A DNA stretch of 62,987 nt, counting the filler, from Perkinsus olseni (Eukaryota), in assembly GCA_013115125.1 (NCBI GenBank). It is 5 parts of 5 records of this genome, joined end to end, with 100 filler letters (N's around TTAATTAATTAA, not from the genome) between each part and the next. Parts side by side here need not be neighbours in the genome. Positions count along the whole stretch, not along the records: positions 37,946 to 50,443 come from JABANN010000790.1; positions 50,544 to 62,987 come from JABANN010000792.1; 3 more parts are not named here. One strand, written 5' to 3'. Positions 38,431 to 51,929 of the stretch are shown piece after piece (within the stretch, counting starts at the first letter, position 1; every line of letters begins with the position of its first letter). The notes below the pieces were generated by a model. That model did no database searches, was not told the origin of the DNA, and saw only the letters and a list, made by a program, of their open reading frames with translations. The translations under genes and the position numbers were made by a program.

Positions 38431-41318
38431 CCCTTTCATTACTCGTCTCCCAACAGCCTGTTCCTTCAAGTCCAGCATCTTTCCCTCATTCTCCACCGGA
38501 GGAGGCAACAGAAGGTCGGGCAGATTACTCGGGTCAAACTCCCACACATCAAACGGCATTGCCGCAGCTAGAGCATCGAAACCTGCAGCAGTAAAGTCAA
38601 TGGAATCTTGTTAGTTGGAGAAGGCGCACATTTCCTACAACCACGAGGTTCAAGTAGCCATATATCGATCACTAGTCCCCGAGCCCAACGGTATAGATTG
38701 TCGAGAATCTTTCGCTGTGCGCGGTAAGAAACCGTTATTGCGAAACAATAATAATAGATTTGATATAAATAACCAGGCCCAAACGCTAAGTAGTCAAGAC
38801 AAAATTAACTTGGACTGATTAATTTGGAGCACCGATAAGGACATCATTCGTCCCATAGTAAGCAACCGTCTCACCTGGAGATTCGTGAATATAATTATCT
38901 GGAATTACTCCACCAACCAGAGTCTCGCCGGTAGTCTTCGCCGAGCTGCCACCAGACCGTCCAAAATGGCAAGAAGGCCCGTCCAGACTACTGCAGACCT
39001 CTTCAAGATCTGATCAACCAGCGAGCATTGTAAATCATCTCTGCCTTCCCGGAGCTTCCTCGCTCGTGGCGGATAAACTCAGAGGTGACAAGCAAATACA
39101 AAAATTTCGCAATTTTTCCACGAAACGATACAGAGTACAGTCTCCAACTGAGCACATCATCATCAAGAGTCTAACTAAGCCGGAGCCGTGAGGGTTGGAC
39201 TATAAACTCAAACCCGAAACGGCGAAATGCCGAAAATATCAACCCCTGCAATTCTCGATCAATCTCTCTAAGTGTGAATCCTTAACACAGTTGAGGCCAC
39301 TATGTCATGGGCGGCATCAACGAAGGTCATTACGTGTCCACATTTATGACCAGGGACTATAGTCTTGAACTATATACTTGAAAGGACTTGCGTGCATACA
39401 GTAACTATACACTCCGTACCCATCATGCTTTCCTACTGAGCGAAAAATGTCTCTTTTCACAAAAAAATACTCACCGAAAACCGCTGCCCCATTTTTCCCG
39501 AAACGATCACTTTCACAGCAACTGCACTACACATGATTCAATACATGCACTTTGCACCCTGCCCAAGATATTTACAATCGATCAGCCGTTTCGCCAGCGG
39601 AACAGACATATTAGTACGGAACAGCTATACAAACGAGAATGAAAATTACCCAGATCTACGATAGTGCTGACGAAACAGTTCTTTTTTGCTCGTCGAAAGT
39701 CCCCGGAATCTACCCGAATTTTTCAGGCTTTGTCTCAAACTAGAAATTTGATCTCGTCCAAAACGCTGTTTTCCCCAACAAGGAGAACAACAGACTCGCT
39801 CGAAGAGCTGCCAAGGGCGGACGGAAATTGTCGGTAACAACCGTAATTTTCTCACTTTTCTCAATATTCGTTCCTCAAGGTTTAGTCCGTGACATTTTCA
39901 GATCACAGACGCGAAGCAGCAGGAGAAATGCCTACAAGCTCGGGGCTCATAGCGGTCTAGCCTGGCAAGTTGGGCCTAGTGGGCTCCATTGCCATTACTA
40001 CACTAACGCTGATAAAACAGGGCTTGAAAATTCGGCACTAAAATACCGAAGATTTGCACGATCGTGGCGGCTGTAATTTCTCGCAAGTTGAGTAGCATCA
40101 ACCTTGCCCGAGAAAAAGTACAAAAAATTATCGGGGGTAAATTTCCCTGGTACTACCTTTTTTGACCAGATTTTTGGTCTCCACAAAAATCCTAGTCCTC
40201 ATTTTTGTGATGAGATTGTCGGCTGCGTCAGGAGGAAGGTTCATCGCTGCTTGGGAGCAGCTCAGTCGAGTGCCCAAGAACAGTAAAGATGAGACGATCG
40301 GTTTGTAACGTGCCATAACGACGAAAAAAACTGAAAAAAACATTTCTTTAGGAACTGAGGGAAAAATTTTGGGAGCAAATCAGACGAAGTCAAAGACGCC
40401 TTCCAACAAGAGAATGCAAAAGAACTATTTTCAACCAACGTCATTCGAGTGGGAGTTGTCCGACAAGCTCAACCGTGAAGCGTAGCGTTGATATAGTAAA
40501 CTCTATAAAGGTCCATGAAAATCAAGGACCACATCTGCCGCCAAGAAGGACATTATACATAGTTCATTCTGTGCTTCAACTTTGTTATTTGGAATGCGGC
40601 AAGCGCTTTTTCTATGAAAGGCGGTCGAGATTCCATTCCTCACATTTCCTACTTTTACATCAGAAAACCAACTCAAGTCAGAGACTTGGGACGGCGGCGG
40701 CCGAGCCTGAATTTAGGGCGCGCGCTTTTTTCGCTGTCCTTTCTGCCGTCGCCGCGTCCGACCATCTTAGCACCGCTTGAACCTTCTGACTGGGCAAGCA
40801 TGCCTGTCCACTATTGAGTGCCCTGTGCTGTTTGCGGGCGTTTGTTTGGCTGGTTGAGGCTGTTGATAAACGTTTCCCGTGTAATCCGTATTATCTACCA
40901 GATGAGTAAAAAATTTCTTTCCCACTGAAAGCTTCTAGAGTGAGATGGAGAGTCAAAGTCGCCCAGGTCAATGTTAGAGTCTACCGATACATGGCCATCG
41001 TCAATGTCCTCATAAGCCGCACTGATGGCCTCCATATTATCTCCAACCGAACTTTCACCACCATAGTCCAACTCAACATCATCAATATCGTAGCCAGAAT
41101 ACATTGAGTAAAAATTGAGAGATAAGACTCTAATAGTCCATACAGAAAGGAAACACTGAAGTACTCACTTTGAATCACTAGAATATAGCATAGTAGGGGA
41201 CAGATGCACACAAATCAGAGTCACACATGAAAGGACTGGGCGAGCGACCATACGCTATCACCACTCAAAAAATCTATTCATCATCATCAGCGTTGTTGTT
41301 TTTTTCTCTGTCACTTGA

Positions 41319-44225
41319 ATGATCCATTTCATCCTCTTGGTTAGTCGGCAGGGGAAGATACGGTAATACTGCGGGCCGAGTGCCGATGAATTTTTTACTA
41401 CCTTCATAAATTATCTACGCCAAAGCAGTAATTTGGAAATGGCCGTCGAAATTAAACTAGCCAGCGTTCATCGTAGTTTCACCTGTGGCGAGAGAGAGAC
41501 ATGTTTTTGCGAAATTTTTCGTGATTTTTTGTGGAATTTTTCACATCGCCAAAATCCGCATTCGACAGGTGAAAGACGCGTAACAGATTTGAGGTGCTTT
41601 TCGCCCTCGGTACATGAAACTAAAAGGTTTTTGATCATGAAGTTGATGATTATTTTCTATCAAAAAGTTGTCTTTTTTCTTGAGCTTCTTCGTTTTCAGG
41701 CGTAGATGTTCTTTTTCCTACTAGAGAAAGATTATCAGTTTTATGTCACTTCCGAAAATCGGCAGTAGTTTTTTCCAAACTTTCTTACAGCACTCGACGT
41801 CATCGCGATAGAAAAGAGGAGAAAGCAAAATGAAGTTATCAATGCCAATTAAGGCACGACGGTACTCATTGCTGATGAGTTCGGCGAAGAGTGGTAGCAA
41901 TGCTGAAGAACTGACCATCTACTCAGTAGACTGACGGTTGGAAGAACTTGAGTAAAAATTTTTCATTTGTTCACGCGCTGGCGACGGCGACGAAGTAGAG
42001 TTCGTGGAAGATTGCTAGTGCAGTTGATTAGATTCCTTCACCTGGCTGATGCGCGCATAGCCGCAGCCTTGGTTGAAATCTCAGCATCCTCTGAGACGCG
42101 GCCAACTTCCATCTCTCATCCGTGGCCAAATGTGTATTGAGCTGGAATGCTCAGAACCTCCGTCAGCTGTTGCACGCATGCACACAAGATACGTTTCTCA
42201 CTGCTGTACTTAGTGGATCATTCCGATGATTCATGTCCCTTCTGCGATGAGATGCTCAATATATCCCAAAATTCTCAGAGGATTCTCTCACTTTCTGTTC
42301 AGCGGCTTCTGTTTTCCAGTGCCCACTCTTCGCAGTTCCTTTTATGCAGGGAGTACGTTTATTCGTGGCTGGAAGACTCCTGATTTAACCGCCTGCGATT
42401 CAATAAGTTAACAACAATATTTTACCGACTTTCTAATTGGAATTGCTCATTTGATTCGGAAATGTGGTTGACTGAAAATGGAAATGATCTTCTCGCACGG
42501 GCTCGCTGCGGTGCTTTTGATCTTTTCGACCAACGGTAATCGACACAAAGATACCAATAATGTAGAATATTAGTAATAATCAGTGCTAGGAACAGAGAGA
42601 AACGGAGGATTCGTCAACTATTATCGACAAAAATCAATTTTCTTGTAATTTTATTGTCTTTCAGATTGATGAAATGGTATGTGCCGACGACGGTTCAAGA
42701 TCAGCAGAGGGATGCAAAGGAGGTAGAAATTGGGAGAATCTTTTTCTTCGTGTTGAGCACTAATCAACCTGGGTCTCAGTGAGCGAAAGTGTATTTCTGG
42801 TCGGACGTGCTTCCTCGAGCTACTTACTCTTCTATCGGGCCACTTCGCCCACTTCTTAGTGGTATTAGTGGCGGGTTTTGTGCCCTTGCGAAATGCGAGA
42901 AATGTGGTATCAAAAAATCTCTCTCTAACCGGAGTTCGAAGGTATAAGAAGTTATATGCTTCCTTCTTCGGTCGAAGGACATATTTGCTAATCTGGCTTT
43001 AATCAAGGGCGAGTTGCAGCGAACTGTGGTCGTTGGAAAAATTGTGAAAACTTAAATTGGAATTGTAATTTTATCAATCACGCTCAGGGCGCGCCCCTTA
43101 TGAGTGAGAATACTCGGTATTGGTATGAATCAACCATAATTTTTAGAATTTATCTTCGGTTCATTCTTGCTGGTGATCGACAAAAGATTTTTTTATCATC
43201 ATTTTAGGTGTCAAATTTGGTGCTGAAGAGAGGCCAGAAGTTGTGTAATATTTTGGAATGGCGCGAACAGAAGATTGTCTACAGACGGTAAGAATCCTCC
43301 CTCTTCCTTTTCTCTTTATTATCTAATTCTTGATTGTGGATTACTCGGAATATTCCAGTGTTATTCTGTTAGAGCTGGGCAACTGTACTAAATTTGAGGA
43401 AAGTACGGTACGGAGTACCGTCCTCCCTCTTCCTTTTCTTATTATTTCGGAATCTTCCAGTGATATTCTGTTCAAGTCTTGCTTCAACCTAAGATACGCT
43501 TCTCTCTACTTTGTCTGTTCGATCGACCGCGACGACAACGAGTTGATTGCCCTGGAGACCATCCATCTCTATGTGGAGATGCTGGACCGATATTTCGGGA
43601 ACGTGTGTGAGCTGGATGTCATCTTCAACTTTCACAAAGCGTAAGATACCCATCGATTGTTCATGGCGTTCATGGCTTCTGTTCTAGGCAATACATTTTG
43701 GATGAGGTGCTCATGGCTGGGGAGCTGCAGGAATCTTCCAAGCGGGCGGTAGGAAATCGGTTAAAGGTGTGGTGGTAGCATAAATTTTTGGTCGCCCTGA
43801 CTTCGCAAAATTCCTGTTATTGGTATAAAATTATCAGCCGTCCGGTCACCACGCTTTGTTGCTTCGCTTCAGTAGTGCAGAGCACTGCTCAGTGAGCAGG
43901 GTGTCTTCCCCTTCTTTAACCGGGTCGTGCGCGGGAGTTGGGCGAAATGCGAGAGAACTTGGTTGAGTTGTAGCGCAGCGATATGCCGTTGGTTATGTGT
44001 GAAATACATCGAGTTTGTGAGATGTGAGTAATTTACGCACGATTATGTCAAGCTTGATTCGTGGTGTTTATTATTACTATCATACTTAATCGGTGTGAAA
44101 AGCGCTCGCCCTAAGGCGGGTGTGTTGGGGGCTCATTTCTGCGGTTCTCGCAGGTGCTCCGGGCGATCTCGGCTGAAGATGAGTTGATGGAAGAGAAATC
44201 GTCGTCTTCTTCTAGGCGTCGATAA
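41319..44225 (+). CDS. AP1S: AP-1 adaptor complex sigma subunit, 6 exons
   Basis: [20 protein letters not shown]...[55 protein letters not shown]...GELQESSK. Confidence 0.93.
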
Positions 44226-45165
44226 AGGAGTGGTATGGTTGATGATACTTTTCAAGATCTGTTTTTGGACGCGATTGTGTTGTCAATTGGGGAAGGGGAT
44301 GCCTCGTGACGGTTACCGAAGTCAAATCAGCTGGAGAGTGCGCTTCAAACGCACACTGAGAGTCTCAGTCTGAGACCTTGAACTAAGTCGGCAACGACCT
44401 GGAGAACCTCGTCAGTGTACCACACAGTGTTAGTGCTAGGCTAAGCTGCGTCAGAGATTCCCATCGTTCGCTCTATTACCAAGTTGATTCGACTTGGTTA
44501 AGTATACAAACTTGTTTCTCATGCTACACTGTAGCGCTGCAATGAGGCGTCGAATAGCTTCGTTATGGACTCTTGCGCATGCGTGCTGTGAGAGTATAGT
44601 GGAAGAATCTTGGAAAGGATCCGTGACTTGTGTGTGATCGATGAGAGTGTATTCACGCGACAACATGGCGCTAGTAATCTAGGAGCACTGGATAGAGGGG
44701 ATAACAGCTCTGATTCGATAGAATCATTCAAAGCCCTCCCATTCCTTGGCCGGAGGTAAAGAGTAGGTCGGGTCTGTGACCATCACACTGTCTTAGTAGC
44801 GCAATGACAGTGACAGTCATAACGTCACAATGCTGTCTTGTATTCGTCAGGTAGACCCACACTCTAGCAGGTGAAGGATGCTTCTGGCTGTGAGCTTATT
44901 CACCCGGGTCTCGGTTAGAGCTTTATGCTGGGCCCGGTCCGGGCCGCCCGGACAAGCTGTCCGGACCGAGGGTTAGAAATAAGAGCTCGCCCGGGCTACT
45001 GTTTCACGGTTCTGTGCTCGCCGGGGCCGTGGTTTTGCAAAAAGCAATAGCTCATGCTGCCTGTGAACCGACCCAATTGAGTATAACGCAGATCCAACCG
45101 GATTGATTCAGATTCATAAAACTATAACGTACAGACAACAGAAACCTACAGCTTCAAGGTATGCG

Positions 45166-45500
45166 CTATGATATTGGTGGGGAAGATCTGTAGACCTGGC
45201 CTGTCGCATCGTCATCAGATGAGGCAGATTCTGCCTGCCTCACTTTTCTGTTTAGCGAATATTGGCTAAGTAGTGACACCCGATTCAACCAATCGGAGAA
45301 AGCGTCTTCTTTCGGGCATAAAACCGTGGCCGCGGGGGACTGGGAGGAGGTGGATCCGAAGCCCGAACAGTGCAGTGCGCACTGTGCAGCAGGGTGCCAC
45401 TCATGAGGCATCTCGAAGCCGCCGAGAGCCGTGCCAAACGGCTTGCCCCAGACAGGGGCGGCGGCTCAGGTGCCAGAACGGTGACAGCCACTGCGAGTTG
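45166..45500 (-). mobile_element. Decayed gag-like zinc-knuckle relic
   Basis: With a 1-nt frameshift reads RCLMSG-HPAAQCALHCSGFGS, resembling BEL/Pao gag CCHC knuckles. Confidence 0.4.
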
Positions 45501-46358
45501 GTGGGCAAGCGAACCACAGTGCCCGAGCTGGAGGCATGAGATCGCGACTGGTGATCCCGGGGCCTACCAGGTCGGAGCACTCTCCCCGCGACCTAGGTCA
45601 CCGGTACTGGGTGGGTGGGTTTAAATTTCCTCACGCATAGAATGAGAAACCACAATTCGGAGGCTGAATAGATGGTAGGGCGGTTGCTCAGCTTGCTGTA
45701 GGGCCCAACGGTCCATCCCACAGCTTGTGTCGCATCCGGATACAAGAGGGAGGGCGTCCCCTCGCTCTTGGTTTTACCCACGTCGAACCCTGCGGGTTTA
45801 ACTCAGAATTAAAAAATGCCCGGGGTCTCGCGCGCCCAGAGAAAGAGGAATGACAGATCGACTAATGCAAGGTCCACAGATTCAAGGTTCATCACATAGT
45901 TGGCATTTCGAATCCCAACTCCCGAGAAACCATTCGAAGTGATATCAAAGTTCATAAGTTGCACAGGTCGAATTGAACACGCTGGAATGGAAAAGGGAAG
46001 TCGGACTTCACCTCTCCATTTCTTCTTCCGCCAGAAGTCCGGATGTTCAATAGACTGCCTCCCCTGGATCGTTTTTTTGTATGTTGCTTTCGGTCCTAGG
46101 AGCGCTCTTGAAAGTCAGGAAAGTGCAATGTTCCCGTCGCTGATCGGATCAACTCAATCCTATCCTACTCCGAGAAGGAGCTATGCTGAAGCTAAGCGGC
46201 GGATGATAAGAATACAGCCGATGAAAAGGTTGGATAACAGATGGCAAAACTCGGGTGTTGTGTTCTCAATCAGCCAGTCTCTTCACAAAGGGAAGTCTAC
46301 TGAACGCCATTGGTGCCATTCAGAGTCGTCTCTCGCCATGATCATCAGCCACAGTTCG

Positions 46359-47884
46359 ATGAAGCCACTGTCCTCCGGACCAGTCTACCGTCGCCAACCC
46401 TCTGCGACCTTCACACGAGCAATGATTTACATCTTTTTCGTGGCCGTCAGCTCCACGGTACTTCTACCGCTGTGCTTTTTCACTTGGTGGGAGTCTCAAC
46501 CGTCGCCAATCTTTCCTGCTCCGAAGCAAAAGCCACATCTTCATCAGTGCTCATCGAAAGACGATCAGATCGATTGGGAATTTTTTCTCACTTCTGGAGA
46601 CTTCTTTCGCTATGCAATCGCTCAGAATCGGCCTTCCCCCTTGAAAGTGGCGGAGAGCGAAAAGCATCTATGCTCACCACCGAAGGACGTTAGCCCGACT
46701 TGGAGTGACTGTCTGCCTATTAATCCGAGTACAGACCCGGAGAGGTGCCTCCTGGCTATGAGAACGGAGCTGCTGAAAACGAGTCCAGAGTTCGTTGGGA
46801 AGGTCTGCATGTCTGCTTTATTGGATATGATATTGATCGATGTTGATGAAGTTATGCGAGAGCTCGGGTGTCGTCCTCTGCTTACTTTCGGGACGGCACT
46901 GGGAGCGTCTCGGAATGGCACGCATATTCCCCATACAGACGACGTTGACTTAGCGTGAGTTGAAGGGAAGGCGGAGGGTGGCTCGGGATTCCCGAGTCGG
47001 GAAAATGAGAAATCTGAGAATTGTAAATTTTTCGTTTGGCTCAGGTAACGTAGTCGAGTCGAGAATTCATCCATTTACAAAATTCACAAATTTTCACATT
47101 CACAGAAACTGATATCAGTAATAATCTGGTATAGCGTACCCGAACGGCACCAATTATGAGGGCAGCTCGAAATTGAACAGCCGTGCAGAGGAGGCACTCC
47201 CGCCTGGCCACCGCGCAAGGTTTCACAGGATTAGACTCTCGCAGTATTCGGCACATGAAAGAATTGACTAGCTGGTGATGGCCGTGTATGGCTATTGTAT
47301 GCGGGAGAAATTTGGTATGAGAAGTCGGGCAACTCTACATTCCCTCGTATGAATATCACATAACGTAGTTGAGCTTCTTCTTCGACCGTTTCGTGGATCA
47401 AGGACATTGAAGACGTAGCGTACTGATGGCCAGTCATAGGTACGTAAAAGAGGACGATGAAGATTGTTTGGGCAGTCGCTTCACGGAGCTGTTAAAGAGC
47501 CGCGGACTCTACACGTTCAAGGATGAGCTCATACGAGTTTGCATCGCTCCTTTTCACCCACTGGCGTCCAACTTGTACGACATCCACCACCCACAGCCAT
47601 GTGGCCCCGAGCGATCGTGCGGGTATGTGGACGTCTATCCACTCGTACCGTACACCGGCAACAAGCCGTACCATCGAGAAGGGAAATTGTATCGGCATGC
47701 GCCCTACGACGGGTACCGAATGAGCGAAGAACAGATATGGCCCCTTCGAAGCGTCTCGATAAATGGCAGGAAATTCGAAACGTTCGCTGACGTGGAAGAT
47801 CTGCTCGAGAGAAGTTACGGAAAGGATTTCCTGCATCCGAAAGGAGATGATGAGTATCTTCGCGACCTCGGTATTCTCGTATGA
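46359..47884 (+). CDS. LicD/fukutin-family nucleotidyltransferase-fold type II membrane protein, 2 exons (intron ~46955-47439)
   Basis: N-terminal TM segment; FGTALGASRNGTHIPHTDDVDLA; YVDVY; IWPLRSVSINGRKF; LLERSYGKDF. Confidence 0.88.
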
Positions 47885-49678
47885 TGTTCAAGAGCTGAAC
47901 TATGATTCAGCAGCACCTTTTTTCAAGTCATCCCGATTTCAATCGTTCTTCGCTGCCGACCAGCTTGTTGTATGCATACTGGAGTGACCGTTCTGTGGTA
48001 CGGTAATGTCCATTCGTATTACTGTTAAGTTCACTTACTAATGGGGGGGTACTCTCACACCAAGTGAGAGAGAGCGCGGGATCACTGTGGAAATTGAAGT
48101 TGGGCGGCAGAAAAAATTCTGAAGGCTAGTGACTAGCCGCTAGTGCCCTGGATAAGAAGGGAGAGCAGCTAACAAAGAGGTTTTCGGCAAAACATACACC
48201 AGTCGAAAGCCCCACAAATTTCTGATCTGATGGGCCGGTTTCGGTCCAACATTCGCAATCGAGTCTCAAGTTCTCTCAGTCTCTCAAATCTTGAGAGTCT
48301 CAAGTTGAAACTCGAGTCTCGAGTTTAACTACCGAGCCGTGATCTGAGATTTCCTCGCTATCAGTTCACTGCAACACGGTGACTGCCTAATTGTGGCGGC
48401 GGCTAACGAACGACTGTACGATGAACAACAGACGACGTATGAGGATATATTCAGACTCCTGCTGCACGGAATTTCAGCTACTCTAACACGTCAAACACAG
48501 CTCCCTCTTCAAACTGTAGGGTGGAATGATTCCACGATCCCACTGGAATCGGTTACTAGCGAAACTAGTGGCCCGCAAATCTCACGCACACCCTTGTCTC
48601 CCAACTTCGTGCAATGCGAACAATATACTCCTGGGCTGGCTTTTCCGCCCTCCGTCCCTGGGCGGGAACTGTCGACAACAGTATGCAGTCCATGGGTCTC
48701 TGACTCTTAAGCTCGTCGTTAGCTCGCATTAGTCTCCAAGTTATGTATCAGAGAGAGTGCCCTAAGTAAAGATTATGTCTTCAGACTTCCCATTAAGCTC
48801 CTCGATTGTATTCTCCTAGCTTTGTGTTAACGGATGACAGAGCTGTCCCCGCCTCGACGTCACGCCAAAGCAAATTCCTTTGAATGTTGAAATTCCCATT
48901 GCTGAAAATTTATGTAAGAAGTAAGAAGTCTCTCAATGGGATAGAATCGCACCAGGAATCCTGCGGGTAGAAGAAGCACGGTGTTAGGGTGGACAATAGG
49001 GCGGAGGCTCTGTACCCTTACTCATAGAACGTCACTAGTCACACACCACAGTGACATTACTGATGAGGAATTCGTTTTAAGATACTTGGCCATATACAGC
49101 CACAGACAGGCTCCCACAGCACCAGTGGAAGGAAGGGACGAAACGATGGATGCATATCTGAAAGCTATCCTGAGGATAGTATCCTCCCGCCGGAGTTCAG
49201 CGGAGGTGAACTAATTTCGCGAGTTCTGCGAGTGTCGCGATGTGACAGTCAACGGTTCAGGAGCAGGCAGCCGGTGTCGCGGAGGAGGCAACCAGTGTCC
49301 CGCAAGGGACAGCCGGTGTCCCGTCGAAGCGAGCGAGCGCGAACGCGTGCTTAGCGCCGCCAGGCTAGCGAGTGCTGCGCATGCGTGCACAGCGCTATTT
49401 AAATGAATCACAATTCTTACTTTTCTCTTACTAGCAAGTTCGTGGCGGTCTGTGAGTCGATATTGAGACTCGCGACGGCTCATCCTTGATTTAGGGTCTA
49501 TTGAGCATCTCGACATTCTATTACGGTGGCTGCAACTAGGCTCTTGTGGTCCACAGCATTCTTTACGCCCATATTCTTAGCTTCTTCCGGGGCATAACGA
49601 AACCGGTATGCTTCATCTGCTCTTGAGCGCTGCTTAATTCTCAGAAGCTCATTTTCATACAGCTACTTTACGCTGTCA

Positions 49679-50401
49679 ATGGTAAAACCCGTCGCAACTT
49701 GGTTCATCACCGCCGCTCTCTTCCTGGTAAATACGAGTGCTCAGTTCATTGGAGAATACTCACTGTCTACGGCGTCCCACAGAGTACGAGCTCTTGTGGC
49801 GTCTCGTTCCCTAACCCTCACTTTCGAGCCGCTTGTCGGGGATAACAAATCGGTCACTGCTCGTGCCCTTCGCCTCAATGAAGGTGCTGATGCTTATACT
49901 GTTGTCTATCGGAACTTTGAAACATTCAAGGAATTCATTAACTCTCGAGGCTCATCCATTCAGGATGGTGACTTGACCGATCTGTATCAGCGCAACGCGC
50001 TGTCTATCAAGACTGTACTCGAAGTGCAAGAGGTAACATTTTTCAGAAAAGCTCTACTTCTGATCCCGGGTAAATACCTTTTTGCATTTACCGGCTTCTT
50101 CTTGGTCTTGGATATTACAACTAGCGTGAAAATGAACATCCAATGCGAAAGTGTCGATGGCGATACGCGTCGTTTCGAACGCGAATTCCGTGAGTTAGTC
50201 GACGCTGGGGCAACCAATATTAAGTACGCCGGAGGTACAAACTACATTAATTTCATTGGCGAAGTGGCGAAAACCTGTTCGAGCATCGGTATGCCGGCGG
50301 ATTCTACCTTCTTTTATGTATTCTCAGCTACGGATAGATTTGTCTACCTGGGACTGGGTGGGAGAGGAGATGTTGCGCGAACTATTGTCTTCGTTGGTTG
50401 A
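49679..50401 (+). CDS. Single-exon secreted protein of unknown function (240 aa, apparently two related modules)
   Basis: Signal peptide ending NTSA-Q; modules start IGEY and PGKY, like LPRGNY in 11422-11856. Confidence 0.75.
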   Translation: MVKPVATWFITAALFLVNTSAQFIGEYSLSTASHRVRALVASRSLTLTFEPLVGDNKSVTARALRLNEGADAYTVVYRNFETFKEFINSRGSSIQDGDLTDLYQRNALSIKTVLEVQEVTFFRKALLLIPGKYLFAFTGFFLVLDITTSVKMNIQCESVDGDTRRFEREFRELVDAGATNIKYAGGTNYINFIGEVAKTCSSIGMPADSTFFYVFSATDRFVYLGLGGRGDVARTIVFVG

Positions 50402-50443
50402 TGATAGTCGGGCGTGCGCGCAATACTTAAGCTTATCTTTACG

Positions 50444-50543
50444 NNNNNNNNNNNNNNNNNNNNNNNNNNNNNNNNNNNNNNNNNNNNTTAATTAATTAAN
50501 NNNNNNNNNNNNNNNNNNNNNNNNNNNNNNNNNNNNNNNNNNN
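50444..50543. other. Artificial contig-joining spacer
   Basis: N44-TTAATTAATTAA-N44. Confidence 0.98.
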
Positions 50544-51007
50544 TCAAACACGTAGTATGTGCTGAATTAGACTGATTTTTGTGATTTGCATATCGAATTG
50601 GAACACCCTGTATTTTTCAGCACGTCTGTGTTATTGTTACAGGGCGTAGTCACCGTTATGTAGTTGCTGGCGGTTACGCGAATATTTAAAGCGTGTTAGA
50701 CGCAGAACCTCGTAGTGGGCTAACTCGATTCCCGGTGATTGTAGAATAATAGTCAAGCCCAACCTTTGGGGTTGGTTTGTCCAGCACGTACCGTGATGGT
50801 TTGAAGTAACCAAATGACAGGAGAGTGATGCAATGACATGGGTAACGGACGCGACCGATACCAGTGGCCAATGGTCTGATGATCTAAAAAATATATAGAT
50901 ATCAACTGCGGTCGTTACCCTCTCTGCACACTCGGACGTTCGATACGAACTGCATCTGTTCGCTCCAATGCGTGGCAGGAGTTGGAAGGCCCGGTGATCC
51001 CCATCAG

Positions 51008-51929
51008 ATTCTGGCTCCAGGCCTGCGTCTCGGTTGGTTCCACACTCACCCTGATAACATCGCCAAGATCATGCCGAGCGGCGTTTTATGTGAGTCGGAG
51101 CGTTTGATATCGGAGCTGATCGATTGGTGCCAGTGAGCGGTGGCGGACCTCCTCCGGTTTTGGTGGAAGCGGTAACGACTCTGATGAAAGACGGGCATTT
51201 GAGGGAATATTTGGTAGTGTCGGGCCCGGGGATCGAACCTGTGCACTTCTTATCTGCTCCTTGTAGGATGAGCTGAGGCGGATCTATGCATCTCGACTGG
51301 GGGCAATGGTCACTTCGTTGAAAGAGGAGATGTCCGATTTTGCAACGTTTCATGAGCCGAGCGGCGGATACTTCCTCTGGCTGAAGTTCAAAAAGTAATG
51401 TGGGACGTCTGAGGACCGGAATCACGAATGGATACAAATTTTACGAAAAACGGTTTCGGACATACCGCATGGAATACAAGTAATTAAGGAGGGGCTATGG
51501 TCAAAATTTCCGGTGAAAACTAGAAATAGATTGAAACTTTTCTCTGCGAACGAAATACCGGTCTTCGGATGTCCGGTACTTAGTCGCAGCGGTAGAGCAC
51601 TTTGTTACGCATGCTAAGGCGTGGGTTCGATTCCTTACCATGACTCTATGGGACTGAGTCACATCTCCCTCAGATTACCAGCTGGTAAGGACACTACCCA
51701 ATTTCTCGAGTTCTGCCGTGACAAGGGAGTTGGCTTCTTACCAGGTGAATTTGCCATTCCCTTGACTGTCCTCTTATCGTACCGCCCAACCTCAGGCATC
51801 CGTACGTCAGTCGACAGCAGTTCTGGCGGGGACTGCATTCGACTTTCGTTCGCCTTCTACACCGAGTCCGAGATCCAGAGTGGAATTCGAAAATTGGCCG
51901 CAGCGTGGAGGCAATTTTGTGGCGCGTGA
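51008..51929 (+). CDS. 3' exons of a class I/II PLP-dependent aminotransferase (ARO8/MocR-like), 5'-truncated
   Basis: ILAPGLRLGW, EPSGGYFLWL, GVGFLPG, CIRLSFA. Confidence 0.88.
51581..51647 (+). pseudogene. Near full-length tRNA-like relic (Ala-like) in an intron
   Basis: TAGTCGCAGCGGTAGAGCAC (A box) ... GTGGGTTCGATTCC (B box); stems degraded. Confidence 0.65.

Noticed and set aside
39650-42400. Possible decayed transposase fragments near and inside AP-1 sigma intron 1
   Set aside because: Short broken ORFs with no convincing catalytic motif by eye; needs a translated HMM search.
45900-46358. N-terminal ~150 aa of the 352-aa ORF
   Set aside because: Starts at TTG with no recognisable features; the LicD protein more plausibly starts at ATG 46338 or 46359, before the TM segment.
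12596-50543. Regularly spaced TTAATTAATTAA within N-runs
   Set aside because: Artificial linkers joining size-sorted contigs (12535, 12515 and 12498 bp internally); no biological adjacency should be inferred across them.
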